A DNA stretch of 64,000 bases from Verrucomicrobiota bacterium (lineage in GTDB: Bacteria; Verrucomicrobiota; Verrucomicrobiia; Limisphaerales; AAA164-E04): positions 5,183,641 to 5,247,640 of the forward strand of contig CP170459.1 in assembly GCA_047947115.1 (NCBI GenBank), read 5' to 3'. Below are positions 37,695 to 46,837 of the stretch, in pieces (positions within the stretch are counted from its first letter, which is position 1; every line of letters starts with the position of its first letter). The notes under the pieces were generated by a model that saw nothing but the letters and a program-made list of their open reading frames with translations, was not told where the DNA came from and made no database searches. A program made the position numbers and the translations under genes.

Positions 37695-38636
37695 TCAGTG
37701 CATCTCGACATCACAATGTCCTATGCCGCCGATGTAAAAGTTAAATTGGACGTTCGGATGATCCGCCAGCAAGGACATGGGCACCGCGCTGTCGGCGACT
37801 CCCTTGGAAATCATCAATGTCGTCAGGCGCTGGCCAAACGGATTATCATGCGTTCCGGCATGCCAAATGGAAACCTTTTCAGCCTGCCAGGTTTCTTTGG
37901 GACCAACGGTGACAGCCTGGGTCGGAACGAGAGAAATGTTGCCTCCCCCCGAGGTTCGGGCGTTCTGAGCAATGGTCAAAGGGTGCAATTCCACGATTCG
38001 AGTGGCGAGTTTTCTGTAATCTTCAGGACTCGGCGGTGCGGATTTGTATTTGCCCTTTCGACGCAAGGGATCATTGAACGCCCAATGTTTCACATCCCCC
38101 TGCCCTCCCTGCATCACCGCACAACGCACCCCGTCCCAGCTTTTGCGGTAGGCGGTGGTGTCGGCTTTGGGAAAGTAGAGCTGACTGTCCGGCATTCGCA
38201 GCGATTTTTTGATGCGATTGAAACACAGCTCGCGATCGGCGCGTTCGAAACTCAGAGGATGATGTACATCCACTTCTTTTCCATCGATACACCATTCATC
38301 CATTCCCCAGAAAAGACCGCTTCGAACATCCAGATCCAGAGCGTTCACCAATTGCGCCACCAGAGGCAGTTGTTCGGTCGGCCCGATCGGACCACAAATG
38401 CCGACCGGATTGTCCCCCGTGGATTGCTTCCAAGCATCAATGTATTCCAATGCTTCGGCCAAATAAAACGCTTCGAGGGTGTCATAGAAAACCACTTTGA
38501 ATCCGGGACGGCTCAAGCCCTGGAGTTTCTTGGGTGTGAGGGATGCTGCATCGGCGATCAAATCATCATCCAATGTCGTGTAATCCCACCAATCGGGGGC
38601 GATCTGGCTCAGTTTTCTCGGCATGACGAATGCCAT
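37695..38636 (-). CDS. glucosamine-6-phosphate deaminase/6-phosphogluconolactonase-like (NagB superfamily) protein
   Basis: 313 aa. [18 protein letters not shown]...FWGMDEW parallels the NagB G..TG.TP....L...v.FNMDEY segment. Weak, by resemblance. Confidence 0.45.
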   Translation of the reverse strand: MAFVMPRKLSQIAPDWWDYTTLDDDLIADAASLTPKKLQGLSRPGFKVVFYDTLEAFYLAEALEYIDAWKQSTGDNPVGICGPIGPTEQLPLVAQLVNALDLDVRSGLFWGMDEWCIDGKEVDVHHPLSFERADRELCFNRIKKSLRMPDSQLYFPKADTTAYRKSWDGVRCAVMQGGQGDVKHWAFNDPLRRKGKYKSAPPSPEDYRKLATRIVELHPLTIAQNARTSGGGNISLVPTQAVTVGPKETWQAEKVSIWHAGTHDNPFGQRLTTLMISKGVADSAVPMSLLADHPNVQFNFYIGGIGHCDVEMH

Positions 38637-38677
38637 TCTTGCGTTGCCTGATTTGAAAGGTCAAGAGTCCAGTTCCA

Positions 38678-39769
38678 TTATCTAAACGGATAGGTCAGTT
38701 GCCGTGATTGCAAAGGTGTTGCAGGGAGGGAGCGGTTTTTTTCAGACAAACGATAGAGGTTCCGCTCCTTCAGATATTCCACCACAAGGTCAGGGCGGTC
38801 AGACTGGATGTAATCGGCTCCCGCTTCTACCGCCAGCTCCATGTAAAGAGCCGTATCGGCACGTTCCAGGCAGTTCACAAAGGCCCCGCACCCATGCGTA
38901 TGGGTCAGGCGGATGGCTTCTTCTGTAACAGCGTGCCAATCCATGTTGATCAAAGCCGGACGCAAGGTCCGGGCCAGTTCCGGAACTTGAAGCGGGTAAT
39001 CAATCGTTGGCCGGATCCGCATGCGGGGTTCAAGATCGGAAATGGTCTGGCATCTCCCCCAGGAGCCGTGCATGGTGCAGTCCGATATCATGTCCAATTC
39101 GCGCACCACGTTGAGGAGCCCCTCGATGTCACCTTCCTTGTAATCCAGATCAGGGTCAATGCGTCCTTTCATGGTCTGCAATGCGTCGCGCAAGGTGGGA
39201 ACACGCACGATGCCTTTCCCGTCATGTTTGATCTCAAGCACCAGGATTTGTTCCAAGGTCAAGTCTGCAACACGCCCACTTCCGTTGGTGGTTCGTTGAA
39301 CTGTCTCGTCATGCATGAGCACCAGGTGACCATCACGCGTTTGACGAATATCGATTTCAATCAAGTCGGCACCGATTTCAATGGCTTTCTCAATGGCGGG
39401 CAAGGTGTTTTCAGGTGGCCCCAACAAGGCCCCTCCACGGTGCGCCACCACTTGAATGCCCGGCCACTCATATATCCGTTCGGCAGCGACCTCCGCCCAT
39501 TCGTCCACTGACAACAATCGCCCGTGGCGGCCGTGAACGCGTGCGATGTAGCGTTGCTCGCCACGATGCCCCTGCATGACATAAATGGAATCACCTCCAG
39601 AGGGTTCGGTACGGATCGAATCGACAACACCCCCGATTTGTATCTCAAAAACGTGCACCGCTTCCAACTGAGAAACCTGTGCTTGAAGCGTCGTGACCAG
39701 GTATAGACCAAAACAAAAAATCATTCCGACGGACGAAAATCGATTCACAGCCATGTTCATGTGAAGCAT
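38678..39769 (-). CDS. glycerophosphodiester phosphodiesterase (GDPD) with N-terminal extra domain
   Basis: 363 aa with a signal peptide. GDPD core: VVAHRGGALLGPPENTLPAIEKAIEIGADLIEIDIRQTRDGHLVLMHDETVQRTTNG. Confidence 0.82.
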   Translation of the reverse strand: MLHMNMAVNRFSSVGMIFCFGLYLVTTLQAQVSQLEAVHVFEIQIGGVVDSIRTEPSGGDSIYVMQGHRGEQRYIARVHGRHGRLLSVDEWAEVAAERIYEWPGIQVVAHRGGALLGPPENTLPAIEKAIEIGADLIEIDIRQTRDGHLVLMHDETVQRTTNGSGRVADLTLEQILVLEIKHDGKGIVRVPTLRDALQTMKGRIDPDLDYKEGDIEGLLNVVRELDMISDCTMHGSWGRCQTISDLEPRMRIRPTIDYPLQVPELARTLRPALINMDWHAVTEEAIRLTHTHGCGAFVNCLERADTALYMELAVEAGADYIQSDRPDLVVEYLKERNLYRLSEKNRSLPATPLQSRQLTYPFR

Positions 39770-39930
39770 ATTAGAGCCACCTAATTCGAGCGTCCATGTT
39801 GTTTTGAATTGTGTTCACCCGGATTTATAACTATGGATGAGGGCTGTCTTGGGGACGGACCAGCCGCCACAACCGGCGTCTTGCCTGGACCACCTTCGAC
39901 AGGTCGTAACAATTTTGACGGGCAGCACAA

Positions 39931-41211
39931 GTGAAACTCACGGATTTAAGAGGCATCCTGCAATACATCCCCCGATTCCGGGACAAGATCTTTGTGATCA
40001 GTCTGGACGGTGCGGTGGTTGCCGGCGAAAACTTCTCCAACCTACTGTTGGACATCGCCTTGCTGCGTTCGCTCAACATTCGCCCGGTACTGGTCCATGG
40101 GGCGGCCCACCAGATTGTTTCCTGGTCGGAAAAAATCAAGCAAGCGGCCAGCAACACAGATGGGGGAGGCATCACGGATGAAAACACCCTTCAAATGGCC
40201 ATTCACGCCTCGACGATGGTAACCCATCAGATTCTGGAAGGACTATCCAACTCCGACCTGCGCGGAGCATCCACCAATGCCATTATCGCGCATCCGAAAG
40301 GGATCATACGAGGGATCGATCAACAATGGACAGGCAAAGTGGAACGAGTGGATTCGGCCTTGTTGGAAGTCCTTATTTCCAAGGATATCATCCCGATCAT
40401 TTCTCCTCTTGGATTTGACGGAGAAGGACGCACCTTCCGCGTAAACTCGGATTCCATCGCCCTGGCAGTGGCCAAGGCCTTGAAAGCCACCAAACTGATT
40501 TTCATCACCACAGAGGACGGATTGATCTATGAGAACCAGTTGATCCGGCAAATGGCCGTCAATGAACTTGATGAGCGGCTGCAAAAACAACCTGGCGGAT
40601 TCGCCGCCGACAGCCTTTCCAAAGCGCAGCACGCCGCAGAAGCCTGTCGATGGCATGTGCCCAGAGCACACATCATCAACGGAGGTGTGGTGGAAGGATT
40701 GCTCGCGGAGGTTTTTTCCAATGAGGGAATTGGCACCCTGATCTATGCAAACGAGTATCAGCAGATTCGACAGGCACGCAAAAAGGATACATCAGCCCTG
40801 GTTCAGATGACACGGGGATCGGTGGCAAACGAGGAGTTGCTGAAACGCAGCAAATCGGCCATCGAAAAACATATCGGCGACTACTACCTTTTTGAAATCG
40901 ACCATCACCCCATTGGATGCGTGGCTTTGCATGTTTATCCTGAGCAGAAAACGGGAGAACTGGCATTTCTCTACGTGCATCCATCCCATGAAAATCAGGG
41001 CATCGGCCGCAAGCTGATTCAATTCGTGGAGAATCGGGCAAAGGAATTGCAACTGAACTCGCTGTTTCTCCTGTCGACACAGGCTTTCGCCTACTTCCAC
41101 ACCAAAGCAGCTTATCAGGAAGGTTCCCCCGACGACCTCCCCCCCGACCGCCGTAAAAAATACGACGCCAACGGACGCAACTCGCGTGTTCTCATCAAGC
41201 GGTTTGCCTGA
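39931..41211 (+). CDS. argA: amino-acid N-acetyltransferase (N-acetylglutamate synthase)
   Basis: 426 aa with a GTG start. The amino-acid-kinase fold (FVISLDGAVV..RPVLVHGAAHQI) is followed by a GNAT domain (LYVHPSHENQGIGRKLIQFVENRAKE). Confidence 0.85.
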   Translation: MKLTDLRGILQYIPRFRDKIFVISLDGAVVAGENFSNLLLDIALLRSLNIRPVLVHGAAHQIVSWSEKIKQAASNTDGGGITDENTLQMAIHASTMVTHQILEGLSNSDLRGASTNAIIAHPKGIIRGIDQQWTGKVERVDSALLEVLISKDIIPIISPLGFDGEGRTFRVNSDSIALAVAKALKATKLIFITTEDGLIYENQLIRQMAVNELDERLQKQPGGFAADSLSKAQHAAEACRWHVPRAHIINGGVVEGLLAEVFSNEGIGTLIYANEYQQIRQARKKDTSALVQMTRGSVANEELLKRSKSAIEKHIGDYYLFEIDHHPIGCVALHVYPEQKTGELAFLYVHPSHENQGIGRKLIQFVENRAKELQLNSLFLLSTQAFAYFHTKAAYQEGSPDDLPPDRRKKYDANGRNSRVLIKRFA

Positions 41212-41253
41212 CGCAGTTGTTTGAGCCCAGATTGCGGAATGCGGTCAAAACAA

Positions 41254-42348
41254 TCAAGCCCCCCCGCACTGCGCCGCATCCCGCATGGCGTGATCCATGA
41301 GCACGAGCGCCGCCATGGCTTCAACAATCGGAACGGCTCGCGGCAGCACACATGGATCATGACGTCCACGTCCCTTCAATGTCGTGTTCTGATGGTTGTC
41401 ATCCACAGTATCCTGTTCGTGCATCACTGTAGCCGTTGGCTTGAAGGCAGTGCGAAAATAAATCGGCATACCATTGGATATCCCCCCTTGTACGCCACCC
41501 GAACGGTTTGATGAAGTGATCACCCCACCTTCATCGGTGGCACGGAATGGGTCATTATGCTGGGTCCCGGTCAAGGTGATGCCGCCAAAACCTGATCCGA
41601 CATCAAATCCTTTACAGGCAGGCAAACTCAGCATGGCTTTGGCCAGGTCGGCTTCCAATCGATCAAATACTGGACTTCCCCATCCTACCGGCACACCGCG
41701 GATCACGCATTCCACAATCCCTCCGACACTGTCACCGGCCTTGCGAATGGCTTCGATGCGCTCGATCATTTTTTCAGCGGTATCGGCATCGGGGCAACGG
41801 ACTATGTTGGATTCGACCTGATCTTTGGTCACGGTGTCCGTATTGATCTCGGCGGCGATATCCTGAACCTGTTTCACATAAGCTATGATCTCCACACCAT
41901 ATTCCAGGCACAAAATCTTTTTAGCTACCGCAGCGGCGGCGACGCGACCGATGGTTTCACGTGCACTGCTGCGGCCTCCTCCGTGAGGATTCCGGATGCC
42001 GTATTTGGTTTCATAGGTAAAATCGGCATGGGAGGGACGAAATTTCCTGGCCATCTCCGAATAGGCTTCGGGGCGCGCATCCTTGTTCCGCACCCACATC
42101 ATGATAGGCGTCCCCAAGGTCTTGCCTTCAAAGACACCTGACAAAATCTCCACCTGATCCGCTTCATTACGGGGTGTGACAATCTTGGACTGCCCGGGGC
42201 GACGCCGGTCGAGCTCTGGTTGTATATCCGCTTCAGACAGTTCAACACATGGAGGACATCCATCCAACACAACGCCAACACCGCCCCCGTGGGATTCTCC
42301 CCACGTGGTGATTCGAAACATATGTCCGAAAGTATTTCCCATGGCCAA
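41254..42348 (-). CDS. aroC: chorismate synthase
   Basis: 364 aa, [30 protein letters not shown] and [14 protein letters not shown] motifs. Confidence 0.93.
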   Translation of the reverse strand: MAMGNTFGHMFRITTWGESHGGGVGVVLDGCPPCVELSEADIQPELDRRRPGQSKIVTPRNEADQVEILSGVFEGKTLGTPIMMWVRNKDARPEAYSEMARKFRPSHADFTYETKYGIRNPHGGGRSSARETIGRVAAAAVAKKILCLEYGVEIIAYVKQVQDIAAEINTDTVTKDQVESNIVRCPDADTAEKMIERIEAIRKAGDSVGGIVECVIRGVPVGWGSPVFDRLEADLAKAMLSLPACKGFDVGSGFGGITLTGTQHNDPFRATDEGGVITSSNRSGGVQGGISNGMPIYFRTAFKPTATVMHEQDTVDDNHQNTTLKGRGRHDPCVLPRAVPIVEAMAALVLMDHAMRDAAQCGGA

Positions 42349-42680
42349 AGCATGGTCAAAAACTCAGCGAAGGTCAATTATTCGAAATCCAGATGGGGAT
42401 AAGTCGTCTTCAAGGCTTTCTTTGACAGGATTTACGGGATGAACCTTTTTTGGGTGAGGGCGTAAGTGCTAAAGATGGAAGCTTACAATTGATATTGAGT
42501 CCGCCCTTTCAAAAGAGCGAAGACGCCTAACCTTCGATTCAGGATCATAATATGATCATGCCGGAATCACTCGCTCACACTGTCAGTTTCTTATTCTCTC
42601 TTCATTATCCTGTAAATCGTGTCTCAATAAACACCCATCGACTCGTTCTGGCTTTTGTGGGCGGTTCGTGTTAAGGGTAG

Positions 42681-44390
42681 GTGAGTCAGGAAATTATGAC
42701 GTTTATCAAGCGCATTGAATCCATGGGACGCCGCATGAAGGAACTTCAGCGGTTCAGGGACATTTTACGGGTATTCATGCATTACGACTTTGACGATTTG
42801 GCGCATAAATTGCACATCCCTTCCATCATCGGATCTCCAATCAAGACACTGGTCGACGGCAAAGATCCTGAAATCGCCAAGCTATCCCAGCCGGAGAAAC
42901 TCCGCAGGATGTGCGAGGAGCTGGGTCCCACCTTCACAAAACTGGGCCAGATCCTTTCCACGCGCCCCAATCTGTTACCCCGGGAATACGTGGATGAATT
43001 ATCCAAACTTCACAGCCATTCAGCCCCCCTTCCATTCGCAAAGATTCAATCCATTCTGACAGAGGAACTCGGCACCGACCCGGAAACCATTTTCAAGGAG
43101 ATCATTGAAGAACCACTCGGGGCCGCCTCGATCGCTCAGGTTCACAAAGCCAAGCTTCCCGATGGAAAAGAAGTCGTGATCAAAGTGCAACGCCCCGGAA
43201 TTGCTGACATCATGGAGCAGGATCTCGAAATTCTGGAATACCTGGCCAGCTTGATGGAGCATTATCTGGAGTCCTGGCGGGTGCACCATCCGCGCCGAAT
43301 AGTGGAGGAGTTTGCGGGCAGACTTTCCAAGGAACTGGACTTCTCGCTGGAAGCCTCACATATCCAACGTTTTCAATGGCAGTTCCACGAAGATCCGACT
43401 TTGTTTGTCCCCAAGGTTTACGGACGATTTTCCAGTCAACGCGTATTGGTCATGGACTATGTGGCAGGTAAAAAAATCACGGATTGGAACCAGCATGCCT
43501 CACCGGGCGAAAAGACCGCTGTGGCCGAAACCATCGCCCAATCCATCATGGCACAAGTGTTTCTTCACGGCTTCTTTCACGCCGATCCCCACCCTGGCAA
43601 CATCCATGTGATGCCGGATTTAAAGATATGTTTCCTGGATTTCGGCATGATGGGTTTTCTCGACTTTCGAACGCGGGAAGCTTTCGCGGACCTGCTCTGG
43701 AGCATCACCCAACGCAATGAAACAGGGGTTTCGCACGCCCTGTTGCGCATGAGTTCTTATGAATCGGAACCCGATATGCGTCAGATGGAATCCGATATTG
43801 CGGAGTTCATTCATCAGAATTTTTACCGCCCCATATCGGAAATCCACTTCGGCAGTATGTTGAGCCAACTCCTCGCCATCACGGGGAAATATGGGCTGCG
43901 ACTCGGTCCGGACATTTTCATTCTGCTCAAAACCCTGAGTCATACAGAAAGCTTGCTGACCCAACTATGCCCCGAACGGGATCTGGCGCATTATGCTGCT
44001 CCGTTTATCAAAAAGATCCGCTTGAACCGCATCAACCCGAAAAACGTGGCCGGTAGTTTGTATGACTTCGGAGTGGAATTTTCTGAATTGATCAAAGATC
44101 TTCCGGCGGAAGTCCGGCGTATCATCGGGCATGTCAAAAAGGGCGAAGCAAAAGTGGCCTTCAAACACGACGGTCTCGAACCATTGACGTCGTCTTGGGA
44201 TCGCGTCAGCAATCGACTTTCCTACTCCGTTGTGCTTGCCTCTTTGATCATCGGTTCCTCGTTGCTGGTGCACGCGGACATACCACCAAAATGGTATGAC
44301 ATTCCGGTCATTGGCCTCATTGGATTCGTGGTCGCAGCCTTCATGGGATTCTGGTTACTGGTGTCCATTCTGCGACATGGACGCATGTGA
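42681..44390 (+). CDS. ABC1/UbiB-family atypical kinase
   Basis: 569 aa with a GTG start. GPTFTKLGQILSTRPNLLP, AASIAQVHKAKLPDGKEVVIKVQRPGI and HADPHPGNI are present, plus two C-terminal TM helices. Confidence 0.85.
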   Translation: MSQEIMTFIKRIESMGRRMKELQRFRDILRVFMHYDFDDLAHKLHIPSIIGSPIKTLVDGKDPEIAKLSQPEKLRRMCEELGPTFTKLGQILSTRPNLLPREYVDELSKLHSHSAPLPFAKIQSILTEELGTDPETIFKEIIEEPLGAASIAQVHKAKLPDGKEVVIKVQRPGIADIMEQDLEILEYLASLMEHYLESWRVHHPRRIVEEFAGRLSKELDFSLEASHIQRFQWQFHEDPTLFVPKVYGRFSSQRVLVMDYVAGKKITDWNQHASPGEKTAVAETIAQSIMAQVFLHGFFHADPHPGNIHVMPDLKICFLDFGMMGFLDFRTREAFADLLWSITQRNETGVSHALLRMSSYESEPDMRQMESDIAEFIHQNFYRPISEIHFGSMLSQLLAITGKYGLRLGPDIFILLKTLSHTESLLTQLCPERDLAHYAAPFIKKIRLNRINPKNVAGSLYDFGVEFSELIKDLPAEVRRIIGHVKKGEAKVAFKHDGLEPLTSSWDRVSNRLSYSVVLASLIIGSSLLVHADIPPKWYDIPVIGLIGFVVAAFMGFWLLVSILRHGRM

Positions 44391-44421
44391 ACCCGCACAA
44401 AAAAGACCTGCAAGAAACGGG

Positions 44422-45342
44422 TTAAACAATAAATCCCGAGTCGTCCTGGCCGAATACCTTGATGCGGTTTTTCCCGTGATCCTTGCTTTCGAAGAGGCAT
44501 TGGTCGGCCTGGGCCAGCAAGGACCGCTTATCCTTTGCATCTTCGGGAAACGTCGCAACCCCAAAGGAGGCGGTCACAGTCAAATCGATCCCTTCTTTGA
44601 TCAGATATCTGGTTTGCGCGACTGCCTCTTTGATTTGGATGGCTTTCTGGATGGCTTCCTGTTTTGTTTGTCTGGGCAAGATCACGACAAATTCATCACC
44701 ACCATAGCGCACAATGCGATCGTATGTTTCAAGGCACCCGTGGACCGCCTCTGCGATTTCCTTGAGAGTTTTTGCACCGAGCAGATGACCATGGGCATCA
44801 ACCACCGACTTAAAATCGTCGATATCAAAAAAGATCAGTGAATGATGTCGATCTTTCGAGTTGGACTGCCCCAACAAACGATCCAGATGCCGATGCATGT
44901 AGCGCGTATTATGAAATCCGCTGACATCATCAGTGACTGAAAGCTTTGCGACCTGATCATGTTTACTTTTCAAGTCGAGCGACATTTTGCGAAGTCGCAA
45001 TAAATTGGCGACGCGTGCCTTGACTTCATCTTTTTCAAAAGGATGAATCAACACATCATCCACCGTCTTGCCGAGCAAACGATTTGGAATTTTGGATTTC
45101 CGATGCGGTAACAGAAGCAGACTGGGAAGAAAGACCGGCAACTCAGCTTTGCGAAATCGGCGGATTTCGGAAGCCTTGGCTGTTAATTGATCCTGATCGA
45201 TCAACAGCAAATCAAAAGGGCTGCCCGAATCAGTCCGGGGCACCCACTGATTCGTCAACTCGTAATCATCCTGCAACCAGCGTCGCAACATTCGAGCGAA
45301 TCGGTGGTTATCGACAAACAAGAGGATACGACTACCAGGCAT
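44422..45342 (-). CDS. response-regulator receiver + GGDEF diguanylate cyclase
   Basis: 306 aa with an N-terminal REC-like domain (ILLFVDN...DLLLIDQD) and a C-terminal GGDEF domain (RYGGDEFVVIL). It lies 57 nt downstream of, and co-directional with, the DUF1549/1553-DUF1501 genes. Confidence 0.82.
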   Translation of the reverse strand: MPGSRILLFVDNHRFARMLRRWLQDDYELTNQWVPRTDSGSPFDLLLIDQDQLTAKASEIRRFRKAELPVFLPSLLLLPHRKSKIPNRLLGKTVDDVLIHPFEKDEVKARVANLLRLRKMSLDLKSKHDQVAKLSVTDDVSGFHNTRYMHRHLDRLLGQSNSKDRHHSLIFFDIDDFKSVVDAHGHLLGAKTLKEIAEAVHGCLETYDRIVRYGGDEFVVILPRQTKQEAIQKAIQIKEAVAQTRYLIKEGIDLTVTASFGVATFPEDAKDKRSLLAQADQCLFESKDHGKNRIKVFGQDDSGFIV

Positions 45343-45399
45343 ACGAAAAAACTAATGCTTTATCACCAAGCGGTAAACACTTTTGATGCATCGTATGGC

Positions 45400-46830
45400 T
45401 CAGGCAATGATGGGATGCACCACCTGGCCCGCAACATCGGTCAGGCGAAAATCACGTCCATCCATGAAGAACGTCAGGCGTTCATGATCAAAGCCCATCA
45501 GGTGAAGCATGGTGGCATGAAGATCATTGACACTGACACGGTCATCGGCGGCTTTATGGCCAATTTCATCCGTGCTGCCATGATGGTAGCCGCCTTTGAC
45601 TCCTCCCCCCGCAAACCAGAAGGTAAATGCGTGGGGATTATGATCGCGCCCCGGATTGCTCCCCTTTTGCGAAACGGGCAGCCTGCCGAATTCCCCTCCC
45701 CATATCACCAGTGTTTCGTCCAATGCACCCCGTTGCTCAAGATCGGAAAGCAAGGCGGCAATCGGTTGATCCGTCTCCCTCGCGAAGCCACGATGGTTCC
45801 CCTCGATATCCTGATGTCCATCCCAGCTGCGTTGATTTTCCATACCTCCCGAATAAATCTGCACGCAACGCACACCGCGTTCCACCATTCTTCGAGCAGT
45901 CAAACACTGGGCGGCAAAGTGCCGACAGTGATCCTGGTCGAGCCCATAGAGTGATTTGATGTGCTCGGGTTCCTTTTGAATATCGAACGCTTCCGGTGCG
46001 GCCGTTTGCATGCGATAGGCCAGTTCGAAACTTTCGATCCGGGCATTCAATTCGCTTTCTATTGCCGAACCAACGAGATGCTCACGATTTAATTTGGCCA
46101 GCAAATCCAACTGCGCGCGTTGTGTCGCCGGCTGGACCTGCGGGGGCAACTTGAGGTTGTCAATGGGATCCCCTTTCGGTCGCAGCCAGGTACCCTGGTA
46201 TACACTGGGTAAAAACCCGGCTCCCCAGTTACTGGCATGCCCCTTGGGCAAACCGCGGTCCAACGGATCGCTCATCACCACAAAAGCCGGTAGATCCCGG
46301 CTATCACTCCCCAAACCATAAGTCAGCCACGAACCCACACATGGCCATCCCATACGGGTCGAACCGGTGTTGATCTTGAACAAGGCCGGACTGTGATTAT
46401 TGGAATCAGTGTGACAGGAATGGATGAAGGCCATCTTGTCCACATGCCTGGAAAGATATGGGAAAATGTCACTCACCCAAGTACCGCTCTGACCGTATTG
46501 CTTCCAGGCAAAAGGCGATTTCATCAACGGTCCGACCGAGTTGGTGAAGAATCCGGTCTTATTGTCAAACCCCTCCAGTGCCACCCCGTCACGACGTTCC
46601 AATTCCGGCTTGTAATCCCATGTGTCCACTTGACTGGGACCGCCGTTGATGAAGAGCCAGATCACGGATTTTGCCTTGACCGGAAAGTGAGAAAACTTGG
46701 GAGCCAACGGATCCAACGCGGCCGCGCCAGCTTTGCTTCCAAACATACCCGACTCGCTCAACAATCCAGTCAAACCAAGCAACCCCGCTCCGGCACCTGA
46801 TCGGAGCAACATTTCCCGTCGATTCAACAT
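45400..46830 (-). CDS. DUF1501 protein (sulfatase/phosphatase-like fold, Tat signal), copy 1
   Basis: ORF 45400..46860. The start is probably MLNRREMLLRSGAGAGLLGL (ATG 46828-46830), 7 nt after the upstream stop. It has a twin-arginine leader. The C-terminus GRDFRLTDVAGQVVHPIIA is shared with copy 2. Confidence 0.85.
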   Translation of the reverse strand: MLNRREMLLRSGAGAGLLGLTGLLSESGMFGSKAGAAALDPLAPKFSHFPVKAKSVIWLFINGGPSQVDTWDYKPELERRDGVALEGFDNKTGFFTNSVGPLMKSPFAWKQYGQSGTWVSDIFPYLSRHVDKMAFIHSCHTDSNNHSPALFKINTGSTRMGWPCVGSWLTYGLGSDSRDLPAFVVMSDPLDRGLPKGHASNWGAGFLPSVYQGTWLRPKGDPIDNLKLPPQVQPATQRAQLDLLAKLNREHLVGSAIESELNARIESFELAYRMQTAAPEAFDIQKEPEHIKSLYGLDQDHCRHFAAQCLTARRMVERGVRCVQIYSGGMENQRSWDGHQDIEGNHRGFARETDQPIAALLSDLEQRGALDETLVIWGGEFGRLPVSQKGSNPGRDHNPHAFTFWFAGGGVKGGYHHGSTDEIGHKAADDRVSVNDLHATMLHLMGFDHERLTFFMDGRDFRLTDVAGQVVHPIIA

Positions 46831-46837
46831 ATTCGGT

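Noticed and set aside
42560-42574. Near-perfect palindrome GATCATAaTATGATC in the aroC/ABC1-kinase divergent spacer. A similar one, ATGCAaaaTGCAT, lies at about 2173-2185 in the hom/creatininase spacer.
   Set aside because: These are short AT-rich dyads expected by chance in AT-rich spacers. No second copy or known operator consensus was recognised.
44389-44424. Possible terminator hairpin between the convergent ABC1-kinase and GGDEF genes (aacccg..24 nt..cgggtt).
   Set aside because: Only a 6-bp stem with a 24-nt loop and no T-run.
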